Under the pieces are notes generated by a model that was given only the letters and a program-made list of their open reading frames with translations, was not told the origin of the DNA and searched no databases. A stretch of 64,000 nucleotides of DNA from Octopus sinensis (Eukaryota). Below are positions 1-10,641 of the stretch, one piece after another. Each line of letters starts with the position of its first letter. Position 1 is the stretch's first letter. The DNA is taken from assembly GCF_006345805.1 (NCBI RefSeq), contig NC_042997.1, positions 166,594,001 through 166,658,000 of the forward strand. Direction: 5' to 3'. A program made the position numbers and the translations under genes.

Positions 1-99
1 GTTTTTGGGGTAATTGTTCTTAGTAGATTGCTATTGAGGTTGATCATTTCTTCGTGGTGTGTATCACGATCGCTACTTATATTCTTTGCACGATGTTTT

Positions 100-412
100 G
101 GGCACTGAGCAATCCCTCTCTTTACACTGTATGGATGGTGGGAATTGAAGTTGAGGTATCACGGTCAATCCTTGAAGGTAGTTGCACTTGATCCTTCTAC
201 TACATACTTCTCTCATGGCCAACTCTCACGAGTTGGAAGCAGCAACAATTTACTCATTTCGACACCAACAAAAGATTACACAATGAACATTGTTTACCCT
301 GAGGTACTTCAAGATTGACAGAAATTATTATGAGAATATATCTTTATATTTATTGTTTACTAATCCGAATGAGAACAGCAGTAACCCGGGCAAAGCCGCG
401 TCATTCAGCTAG
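100..412 (+). mobile_element. Helitron 3' end with PIF1-like helicase C-terminal remnant
   Basis: 163-318 reads GQSLKVVALD..FSHGQL/SRVGSSNNLLISTPTKDYTMNIVYPEVLQD* (Helitron helicase C-terminal motif, partly deleted), followed by an imperfect GC hairpin (cccgggcaaagccgcg) and terminal CTAG 409-412 followed by T. Start coordinate approximate. Confidence 0.8.
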
Positions 413-2736
413 TACTTAATAAATATTTGAATGTCGGAGGCTGAAATCATATGTAACGATCATAGAAGAGATAATTAATAATGGTTTCAAATTTTGGCAC
501 AGAGCCAGCAATTTTGGGGGAGGGGATGAGTTGATTACATCAATCCAGCTGGTACTTATTTTATCGACCTCGAAAGGATGAAATGCAGAGTCGACCTGGG
601 CAGAATTTGAAATCAGAACCTGAAGACGGACAAAATGCCGCTAAACATTTTACCCTGCTCAATATTCAATTTCACCCTATAGGTGAACATAGATACTGAG
701 CGATGCATGAATCTTATAATGATCTATTCTGAACGTATCTTCAAGAGTTCAGCTTATGCCATATTCAAAAAGGTAAAGTTTTAAGGAGATTCATATATTC
801 AATTTAATTTGATGATGTTATCAAATGTAATGATTTTAGAGGCAAAAAGTTACACATTTTCTGGATTATGCTAAATGTATTATAGAAAATTTTTTTAATC
901 ATTTGGTTATTGACAAAAAAATTGGTATCTTTCTCCTTACAATTCAATCTTTTGCATTAATTTAATTATGTTTATGATGACAAATACGCTTTTTTTTTAG
1001 CATTCGGTGCAGACGTGACTGTGTGTTAAGAAGTTTGCTTCTTAACCACAAGGTTTTGGATGCAATTCTTACTACCTGGCACCTTGATGAAGTGTCTTTT
1101 ACCATAGGCTCAGGCCGATCAAAGCCTTGTGAGTGTATTTAGTTAATTGAAACTAAAGGAAGCCCGTCTTATGTGTGTTTATAATGGTGGCGCTGCAGCA
1201 TGGCGACGTCTCTAGCCGAAACCAAGTGTAGAATATTTTATTGTCGGCCATTTTATAAACCTAAAGCAAAAGATCCCCTTCCTTTTTGAATAATGGTAGA
1301 ATCCCACCTTTGGTGGTAAACAATGACACCCACTATAACCAGCACTGCATGGGATGGTTGTTTAAGTTTCGAGTCGTGTCACTTATTGATGTAATTATAC
1401 TAATCTCTTAAATTATTTGATGACACTTGAAAGTTTTCCCTTCATGCACGCCCTATCCAACTATAACAATAGTCTCTAATTGTTTCGCCCTTTAAAGGCG
1501 GAAACTTCTTATTTCCGCTTCATAATGTGTTTTGTTAGTAAAGAATCAGCGATAGGTATGATCCTCTTGATAGCAATAATTTTCATGAAATACAATTTAT
1601 ATAAGAAGTTGTAGTAGTAGCAGCAGCAGTCGTAGTTTTTATTGTTTTCGATGGTACTTGTAGTGTTTATGATGATGATGTTGTTGTTTTATCTGAGGTC
1701 AGCTTTGAATGACCAGATATATGATGAAAGGCACTCTAGCTGTCTTGTCATTTTATATTCAGGAAACAAAACTCTTACGGCATTGGTTTAACACTACAGC
1801 GCTCAGCATGTTGGTAACGGAATTGTTGAGAGCCGCATGGAGCGTCCTTATAACTGATACAAGGCCACAAGTTAACAGTGCTTATGTTATGTATAAGTGT
1901 GTGTGGGAGGATTTATTATATAATTAACAATCTTCAATACATATAAATGGTATTTGCTTTATAGATGGGAAATGGATTAGATCTCAAAAGTCGGAGGTAC
2001 AAAACTATATAATGGATGGCATTTAATTCAATACCTTGAAGCAGACAGTTCAGAAACTGGGGTAAATTTCCTCCCTCTGTAGATTTTCGTTTACTCAAGG
2101 AATAAATTTACTAATTCTGGAACTGTATATATTTTTGTCAGTTATGCTGTGTTTGGTGAGGGTCATTATGTCAATCATAAACATACACACTGGTTCTACT
2201 TAACTTCTTTCTATAGTATTTGTAAATCAGTTAAACGTTTAACCAATTAGTTAATTGATTGTTTGATTAATCGCACCGCCAATCAATCAACAAGGTTCAC
2301 CAAAGTCCTTTCGACCCCATTCGTGACTTCATCAGTGATATATCCTCTTTACTTCAGATCTATTTAAAGTCGAGAAGAAAATTTGAAGTAGGACAGCTTT
2401 CTGAAAAAATACTAATTTTCTTTCTTTCTTACCACTTTGGATTTAACGATTTGTATTGTAGCTTTCTTAATTACTGTATTACTAATGGAATAATAGTCCA
2501 ATTCAAAAGACTGGGTTTAGTTGTTACTTTTGTGTCGAATGTTTTACTCTGGCAAAAGCATAAACTCTTTTATTGAATAAAAGAAATTGAGGATAAATTT
2601 ACTTAAAAAACTTGCTAGGATGGAGGGGTAGTAAATTGTACGAAAAAAGTAGGGAACTACTGCTTTAACATTTCTGTTATAACACTGTTCTGATTATAAA
2701 TAATATGGGAACCACTCCAGGCACAATACTAACACA

Positions 2737-2753
2737 CTACTACTACTATTACA

Positions 2754-2806
<53 letters not shown>

Positions 2807-2848
2807 AACTGTACTGCTGCTGCTGCTGCTGCCGCCGCCACCACCACC

Positions 2849-2896
<48 letters not shown>

Positions 2897-2935
2897 GCTA
2901 CTGCTACTGCTGCTGCTGCTACCGCTGCCGCCGCC
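2737..2935. repeat. compound trinucleotide microsatellite (ACT/GCT/GCC/ACC)
   Basis: Read directly; explains the poly-Y/T/A ORFs in the track. Confidence 0.95.
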
Positions 2936-3216
2936 AGTGCACAGCTGGTACTTACTAAATCGACCCTGAAAGGATGAAAGGCAAAATCAGCCTCAGTGGA
3001 ATTTGAACTCAGAAAATGATCTCGCATTTCTGGGAAAGAATGGGAGTTGGATTAATCGATTCTTATTTTTGAACAGTAATTATATTATTTATCTTGGAGT
3101 GATAAAAAATAAAATCGACTCCGATGGAATTTAAACACAGAATGTGAAGAGATATTGAATAAAACAAAGTATTTTCCCTGCTTTTCAGCCAATTTTGACA
3201 TAACCTTACTCCTTCG

Positions 3217-3351
3217 TAACAACAACAACAACAACAACAACAACAGCAGCAGCAGCAGCAACAACAACAACAACAACAACAGCAGCAGCAGCAGCAGCAA
3301 CAACAACAACAACAACAACAGCAGCAGCAGTAATACGAACAATAACAACGA
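3217..3351. repeat. compound (AAC)n/(AGC)n microsatellite
   Basis: Read directly; explains the poly-C/L/N ORFs. Confidence 0.95.
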
Positions 3352-4486
3352 TTTTCTGATATAGGCACAAGGTCAGCAATTCGGTGGAGGGATCTAGTCG
3401 ATGCAACCGACCCAAGTATTCGATTGGTATTTTATTTTATTGATTCCAAAGGGATGGCGTAAAAATATCTGTGCAGGATTTAAATTCAGAATGTGGAATA
3501 TGGAAAGGCATTTTTTTCCGACGGTTGAACAATTATGCCAACCCGCTGCCCCAGATAGGCTCCTTCCCAAGTCACATAGACCCACGAGACCGGTTTCCCG
3601 GCTTTTCTGGCGTATATGCTCTCCCACTGGACGAGACGCCGGCCCATCGCAGACAACTTATTTTTGCCAGCTGAATGGATTGGAGCAACGCGAGATGAAG
3701 TGTTTTGTTCAAGAACACAGCGCATTGCCTGGTCCAGGAATCAAAACCCTAATCTTACGATCATGGGTGCAACATCCTAGCTGCTAAGCCATGCACCTCC
3801 ACACTACCGCCTCAGATAATTGCTTCTAATTTAGGTACAAAGAATGGAGAGGGTTAATAGAAACTGTTTACTCCAGTACTTGATTGGTTTCTATCTTATT
3901 GACCAAGGAGGGATGAAATGCAGAGTTAAGCTCAATGCGATTTGAATTCAGAACATAAAGAGATAGAATAAATACCAGAAGGCATTTTACCGACGTTCTA
4001 GCAACTCAAACATTTATTACTCCAGGTTTCTTTTAATGTAGGTGCAAGGCAAGGGATTTGGAGGGAGGAGAACAATCGATTATATTGACCTGAATACTTG
4101 ACTAGAATTTTTTTCGACCCCAACAAGATCCCTCGGCGGGATTCCAACTCAGACTGTGAAGAGCTGTAACTAAATATTGGTTTCAAATTTTGGCAGAAGG
4201 CCAGCAAGTTCGGGGAAAGAAAAATCGATTACATCGACCCCAGTCCTCAGAGGTCGATGGATAAAAAGCGAAGTCGAAAGGATGAAAAGTGAAGTCGACG
4301 TCTGCGGAATTTGAACTAAGAACATAAGGACGGACAAAATGCCACATGCTAACGATTCTGCCAGCTCGCCGCCTTAGCTTCAACAATATATTGCAAATCA
4401 TTTGTACAACGATCTGACAATCTTTCTAATCCAGTAAGTATAACAATGCTGATACGATGTTATGATATTGATGATAATTTCTAATA

Positions 4487-4720
4487 AAAAGGTGGCGAGC
4501 TGGCAGAAACGTTAGCACACCGGGCGAAATGCATAGCCGTATTTCGTCTGCCGCTACGTTCTGAGTTCAAATTCAGCCGAGGTCGACTTTGCCTTTCATC
4601 CTTTCGGGGTCATAAATTAAGTACCAGTTACGCACTGGGGTCGATATTATCGACTTAATCCGTTTGTCTGTCTTTGTTTGTCCCCTCTGTGTTTAGCCCC
4701 GTGTGGGCAATTAAGAAACA
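4487..4720 (+). mobile_element. tRNA-derived SINE (family A), full length with TSD
   Basis: A-box-like tggcagaaacgttag and B-box-like gagttcaaattc; 14-bp direct repeat gataatttctaata at 4473-4486 and 4721-4734; same sequence at 7313 and 59792. Confidence 0.85.
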
Positions 4721-5062
4721 GATAATTTCTAATATGGACAAAAGGCATTTCGTGCACGCGGAGAGAATTTTTGATTATTTCAACTCCCAGTACTAAACTG
4801 GTTTTATTTTATCGTGCCCGAAAGGTGGGAATTGAAAACAAAATCTTGTTTATAATTGTTCTTATTTCATGATTGGAAATCTTTCGTCACACACCTCCAA
4901 CCTCTTCAGCGACTCTCCATCATTGAAGAGGTCACAGGTGTGTGACGGAAAATTTCTAGGCAATGGACATAAAAGCGAAATCAATAACAGTAAATATTAT
5001 CTTTCCCTTCGTAATCATTGTGTTGATTAATACTATATTTTTAATACTTCATGCACCGCTAG

Positions 5063-5351
5063 GAAGACAGTACGAGCAGCTCTCGGAAAATGCAGCAATC
5101 CACAAGAGAAAACACCCAATCAACAATGGAATGTTTGTTCCCAGGGAACATACGAAATGGTTACATTATCACCAAGTCTCCATACTATCCGGGTAGCTAT
5201 ATAACATTCACGTGTTCCTCGGGATTTTTCATGGTAGGTTCACCTTTCATGAAATGTTCGGTTAAGTCAACCTGGATCGGCAGCTTACCACGATGTGTTT
5301 CACTGGATTTGTCAACCAAATTTAACCTTAATTCATCTGATATCACTCTAG
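5063..5351 (+). CDS. internal exon encoding a Sushi/CCP (SCR) domain of a single-pass membrane protein
   Basis: ECLFPGNIRNGYIITKSPYYPGSYITFTCSSGFFMVGSPFMKCSVKSTWIGSLPRC has the four Cys plus NG, GF..G and W..P spacing of Sushi domains; acceptor ctag|gaa at 5062/5063, phase-1 donor g|gtagg at 5351/5352. Confidence 0.85.
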
Positions 5352-5874
5352 GTAGGTTCATTCATGGCTTTCAATAAGCATTTATCATTTTAGATAAGGA
5401 TATATAAAAAGATAAAATCATAGATAGCAAAATTCAGATTGCAAAATTGTCGGAGAATAAGTGACTTTGAAATCATAATCACTGTGTACTAACCATCTTG
5501 TTGGTACATAGCTGACCCACTAGAACTTCAGTGTTCCAATTTGAGTAATGAGGGGACAAAAGAGCTTCAAGTCGAGTAAACTTGGGATTTGAAACTTCCA
5601 AGAGTTTAAATGTGCCTCGGGAGCGTTTAGTGGAACAATTTGCATTCCATTCGAAGTATGGTCCTACGTTGCAAAAGTTGCTCCAGTAGAACTTAAACCA
5701 CTTTTAGATCTTGTGCTGCATATTGTTTCACAAAAGACCAATAAATAAGAAAACCTAATCGAGTTATAGCGTTAGAATAGTCATTTACAGAGTATTTGTT
5801 GGTGGACTTGATATTAGACATTGTGAACAAAACATAGGGCCGTCGCAAATAGATGCTTTAGTTTAAAGGGAAAA

Positions 5875-6170
5875 GATCCCCTTCGGTCATGAATGACCAT
5901 AGGATGCACCTAGAAAGTTCCCCTCTGAGGTACAACTCTGGGCAAGGTTGTTTATGGAAACCAAGCAGTCGCCCATGCATACCAGCCTCTCCTCTCCACA
6001 CGACTGACGTTATCCAAGGGAAAGGCAAAGGCCAATACAACTTGGTACCAGTGACGTAATTTCTACAACTGAAGCAACGTGAAATAGTGTCTTGCTCAAG
6101 AATACAACACAGAGCCCGGTCTTAGAATCGAACTCTACCGCATGGTTGTGAGTCCTACACTCTTACCACT
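5875..6170 (+). mobile_element. interspersed repeat (SINE/LINE-UTR-like family D)
   Basis: Clear similarity to 58707-58960 (cccttcggtcatgaatgaccat...ccaagggaaaggcaaaggcc). Confidence 0.6.
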
Positions 6171-6565
6171 GAATCTTTACTTTACTCAGGGATTATTTCA
6201 GACGCCTGCGCAAAGTAAAGTCAAACTCAATATCTATACATTCAATGCATCGTAAAGAAAGGCTAAGTTGAATAAAGCTTTAATGTAAGCTCTATGCATT
6301 TGTGCTTTTATATAATCTCTGTTGAAATGATGATGATACTATTACACAGATTATATGACTAAAGGAAGATCATTCAAACGTAACTTCAGTTTGGCTAAAA
6401 GAAAAATGATTCAAAGCTTGTATAGAATGTATGTAGATAAAAAGAGAGACGATATTTTAATATAAATCTTCTGTGGTCAAAAAGAGAAACAATCTCATAA
6501 GACAGAAAACCTGTTTATCTATTGTTAAATCAGATCGTAATTATAATCTGTTTATATCATTGCAG

Positions 6566-6656
6566 TTCCACGTTGGCTTCTAATCGCCCTGTTTACAATA
6601 CTAGGATTCTTTCTTATGATTTTGATGATTTTATTATTCTACTACTACTGTTGCCG
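6566..6656 (+). CDS. transmembrane-helix exon of the Sushi-domain protein
   Basis: tgcag|tt phase-1 acceptor matches the Sushi exon donor; reads (V)PRWLLIALFTILGFFLMILMILLFYYYCC(R); strong phase-2 donor cg|gtaagt. Too short for the ORF track. Confidence 0.85.
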
Positions 6657-6809
6657 GTAAGTAATTCAATTTTGACAGAATGAATACCAGTAATTCAGAC
6701 AGGTCAAACGAACTGACGAAATTTGTCCTTTATAAAAATTGTCTTGGAATTTAATCCCAAAAATATTAACATTCATTTAAATGAATAACGTAAGTGTTAT
6801 GACTAGTAA

Positions 6810-7025
6810 TACTCTTTTCTTTTACTTGTTTCAGTCATTTGACTGCGGCCATGCTGGAGTACTGCCTTTTAGTCGAGCAAATCGACCCCAGGACTTATTC
6901 TTTGGAAGCCTAGTAATTATTCTATCGGTCTCTTTTGCCGAACCGCTAAGTAACGGGGACGTAAACATACCAGCATCGGTTGTCAAGCGATGTTGGGGGG
7001 ACAAACACAGACACACAAACACACA

Positions 7026-7097
<72 letters not shown>

Positions 7098-7245
7098 GAC
7101 AGGCTTCTTTCAGTTTCCGTCTACCAAATCCACTCACAAGGCTTTGGTTGGCCCGAGGCTATAGTAGAAGACACTTTCCCAAGGTGCCACGCAGTGGGAC
7201 TGAACCCGGAACCGTGTGGTTGGTAAGCAGGCTACTTACCACACA
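6810..7245 (-). mobile_element. tRNA-derived SINE (family B) with internal CA/TA microsatellite
   Basis: Reverse complement of the 13118-13530 family. Confidence 0.8.
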
Positions 7246-7312
7246 TGCAAATACCTGCACACATGCACGTACGCATGTGCGCGCATGCATGTGTTCACGG
7301 TATGGTGAAAAC

Positions 7313-7724
7313 GGCGAGGTGGCAGAAACGTTAGCACGCCAGGCGAAATGCTTAGCGGTATTTCGTCTGCGTTACGTTGTGAGTTCAAATTCCGCCGAGG
7401 TCGACTTTGCCTTTCATCCTTTCGGGGTCGATAAATTAAGTACCAGTTACACACTGGGGTCGATGTAATCGACTTAATACCTATGTCTGTCCTTGTTTGT
7501 CCCCTCTATGTTTAGCCCCTTGTGGGTAATAAAGAAATAGGTATTTCGTCTGCGTTACGTTGTGAGTTCAAATTCCGCCAAGGTCGACTTTGCCTTTCAT
7601 CCTTTCGGGGTCGATAAATTAAGTACCAGTTACACACTGGGGTCGATGTAATCGACTTAATACCTATGTCTGTCCTTGTTTGTCCCCTCTGTGTTTAGCC
7701 CCTTGTGGGTAATAAAGAAATAGG
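7313..7724 (+). mobile_element. family A SINE with 183-bp internal tandem duplication and TSD
   Basis: 7357-7539 repeated at 7540-7722; ggtatggtgaaaacgg at 7299-7314 and 7723-7738. Confidence 0.85.
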
Positions 7725-7851
7725 TATGGTGAAAACGGACGGAGAGAGTAAATATTAGAGTATGAATGAGTAGTGAGGACAATTTCACCGACAAAACCTT
7801 CCATGATGAGGTCCCTTTTAGCCGGTGTTCGTGACTGAAACAAGCAAAAGA

Positions 7852-7943
<92 letters not shown>

Positions 7944-8207
7944 TACTCTTTTACTTGTTTCAGTCATTTTGACAGCAGCCATGCTGGAGCACCACCTTTA
8001 GTCGACCATATCGACTCCAGGACTTATTCTTTGTAAGCCTAGTACTTATTCTATCGGTCTCTTTACCATATATATATATATTATATATATATATATATAA
8101 TATAATATATATATATATATATATATAGTTGAGTGTAAAATTCGGGGTGAGTACTTGATAATTATAAGCACCTGTGTATACCGTTGGTGGTGTAGGTGGT
8201 GGAGTAA

Positions 8208-10137
8208 ATTGATCAAAATAAAAATAAAAATAAAAATAAAAACATGAGGCGAGGATTCAGCGGTACATTGTTTCGGGCCTTATTAGACAGATACATAACA
8301 AATCATAATGTATGTCTGTGGCCTCTTCAGCCGCTCACAACAGCTTCCACAAGGACATGTGTTAGTTCCGAAATTCTTGCTGGGGATGCAAATCTTCTCG
8401 CCCGTACGACAAAATGCGGCAGCAGCATCGAATTGAATCGTCCATCTCCTTCTTCTCTCAATGTAGAATGAGGAAACTTGGATGTTGAGGTAATGTAAAT
8501 AAATAAATACGTATATAGAGGTGAAGATGGAGGGGCGAGAGTTCGGGGCGAGGGATAAAAAATATAAAATAATATAAAATAATGTATAAATGTAGATGAT
8601 AAAGATATAAAGAGTTGTAAGGAGATGTAAAGGGGGTATAAAGGCATAATGTTTTAAAGTAAAAATAGAAATGGAAATAATAGTAAAAGAAGTAAGGAAC
8701 CTGATAAAAACATGATAAAAGTGTAAAAGAATGTAGGGATAAGGGATGTATAGAGGTCGCGGACCCAGCATGGTGGTCAAGAGATTGATAAAACTTAGTT
8801 GTAGAACTGTCAGTAAATTAACGGTTTCGTCGTAAATCAGAGCTGATGAGAGTTTAATCTGGTTCCTTGAATTAAATGGACTTCCAGTACATCATATCAT
8901 CATGGGTACATACACCCACATACACGCGTACATATACGTCTCCAAGTCTATAAGCAAACACACGCACTCGCGTGTAAACATGTACATAAACCCACACGCA
9001 CCCACACGCATGCGCGCACACACACATACATACAACAGAATATCCGCATATATAGACGGACATTACGCGCGTATACGCTCACATGTACATACGTGCGCCC
9101 CTCACTACATACGTACACGTATATGCCCACGTCTCTAGGTCTAGGTATAAGATATTAAAGGATGTGTATAAGAACGTATGTAAAGAATCCGTACTCATGT
9201 TAATACGCGCACGCACACACGGCCGTGTGTCCGTATGTGCGTGCACATATATATACTCACATACGCACACAAGACACACGCGCTCATGGGTATAGTCATA
9301 AATATCGAAGTATGGCATGTACACATACGCGCGCGCACATGTATGTATGCGCATACACACGTACGCGGACGCTCGGATATTCAAAAGGCGGATCCATAGG
9401 TGAGTAAATAAGCATATATAGAGGTGTAAAGCGATAGATTAGGGGTAAGAATGAGGGTAAGGGTAAGATTAGAAATAAAAAATACAGTATAAATAAGAAA
9501 TACAATGTAATAGTTAGAAATGAAATATAAGAATTATAAGGGTTATAAGAGTTAAGGTAAGGGATGAAAATGAAAATGAGAGTAAATGGCAGTAGAATAA
9601 ACGTAAAAATAAAGTAAAAATAAAATTAAAAATAAAAATACATGGAAGTAGGATAAAAGTAAAAATAAAAATGAAAATAAAAATAAAATAAATAAAAATA
9701 AAAATAAAAATAAAAATAAAAATAAAATAAAAAAATATAAAAATAAAAAAATAAGGTAAAAATATAATTTTGTAAAGTTTAACATGAGATGGAGGTGGCC
9801 CACATATATATATATATTGTGTATATGTACACACACACACGTATGTGCCATAAACGCACACACACACACGCACACACACATACACACGCGCATATAGGAA
9901 AACGGGATGTGCTGGAGCCGACAGGTTGCACCGGGTGGGAGGAAAAGCATGGGGGAGTTGGTATAAGACCTAAGCATTGTAGTATTTGAAAGTATTAATA
10001 AGTTTATGTATACAGGATGGTTTGAACTCTGACCTTTTGTTAATAAGATTGTGTTTGTCTTTGAATTTCAAGATGTTCAGGAGTTCTACACAGCATAGTT
10101 GGCATCCTGCTCTATTATTTAAATAAGGTGCAGCTGA
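8208..10137 (-). repeat. left arm of ~1.93 kb inverted repeat
   Basis: Begins attgatcaaaata (rc tattttgatcaat ends at 12405) and ends cagctga (rc tcagctg starts at 10474); the same peptides appear on opposite strands in the ORF track (e.g. SAAPYLNNRAGCQLCC at 9970..10218- and 10438..10641+). Confidence 0.95.
8259..8335 (-). ncRNA. type I hammerhead ribozyme motif (left pLTR copy)
   Basis: rc reads agcgg-CUGAAGA-GGCC..hairpin..GGCC-C-GAAA-CAAUG-UA-ccgcu; stem III is 1 nt shorter than in the right copy. Confidence 0.65.
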
Positions 10138-10641
10138 CGCCCCCAACGCCCCCACTCGTATTGCAACACCTCCGCCTAGGATTAGCAGCACACGACCGAA
10201 TAATGCAATGCAATGCAACTGCAGATGTGCATCAGAGTGCCCGCTGCAGGGCGCATGCAGGGCAAAAAACGTAATATACTCATGTGAGGTGAGTGAGTAC
10301 TCAATTTAACACACTCACCTATATTGGTTGCTCAACCTCCTGGAAATCCAGATACTACAACCACCGGTCCTCGATGAGACATAGACATAAGGCTAACAGC
10401 ACCTCCCTCTCTAAAAGAATTTGGGAATTAAAAGACAATGCATAAGCTTCAAACTCAGATGGTCCATCATCGATCAGCTGCACCTTATTTAAATAATAGA
10501 GCAGGATGCCAACTATGCTGTGTAGAACTCCTGAACATCTTGAAATTCAAAGACAAACACAATCTTATTAACAAAAGGTCAGAGTTCAAACCATCCTGTA
10601 TACATAAACTTATTAATACTTTCAAATACTACAATGCTTAG
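10136..10641 (+). pseudogene. Penelope-type GIY-YIG endonuclease C-terminal remnant (frameshifted)
   Basis: Across three small frameshifts: CNCRCASECPLQGACRAKNVIYSCEV / TYIGCSTSWKSRYYNHRSSMRHRHKANSTSLSKRIWELKDN / ISFKLRWSIID / AAPYLNNRAGCQLCCVELLNILKFKDKHNLINKRSEFKPSCIH..*. This matches the PLE EN pattern (VIY..YIG, R..NH, C..C..E, NKRSE..C.H). Confidence 0.85.

Noticed and set aside
1709-2062. Possible upstream exons of the Sushi gene (acceptors at 1760 and 1965/1981, donors at ~1811 and 2061)
   Set aside because: Plausible splice signals, but no recognisable domain and no unique phase-consistent solution; left unannotated
2705-3415. Poly-Y/T/A/C/L/N/V ORFs (and the similar HT/VC/YI ORFs throughout the track)
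   Set aside because: Translations of tri-, di- and tetranucleotide microsatellites; no splice or domain support
4487-4580. tRNA genes at SINE heads (also 7313, 37527, 59792)
   Set aside because: A/B-box-like motifs only; no complete cloverleaf, and each continues into a repeat body, with TSDs in several copies
8820-8870. CUGAUGAG at 8843 (+), and its mirror CUCAUCA..GAC-GAAAC near 11760-11787, as a second hammerhead
   Set aside because: On one strand there is no GAAA downstream; on the other the core has two substitutions and stem I does not close
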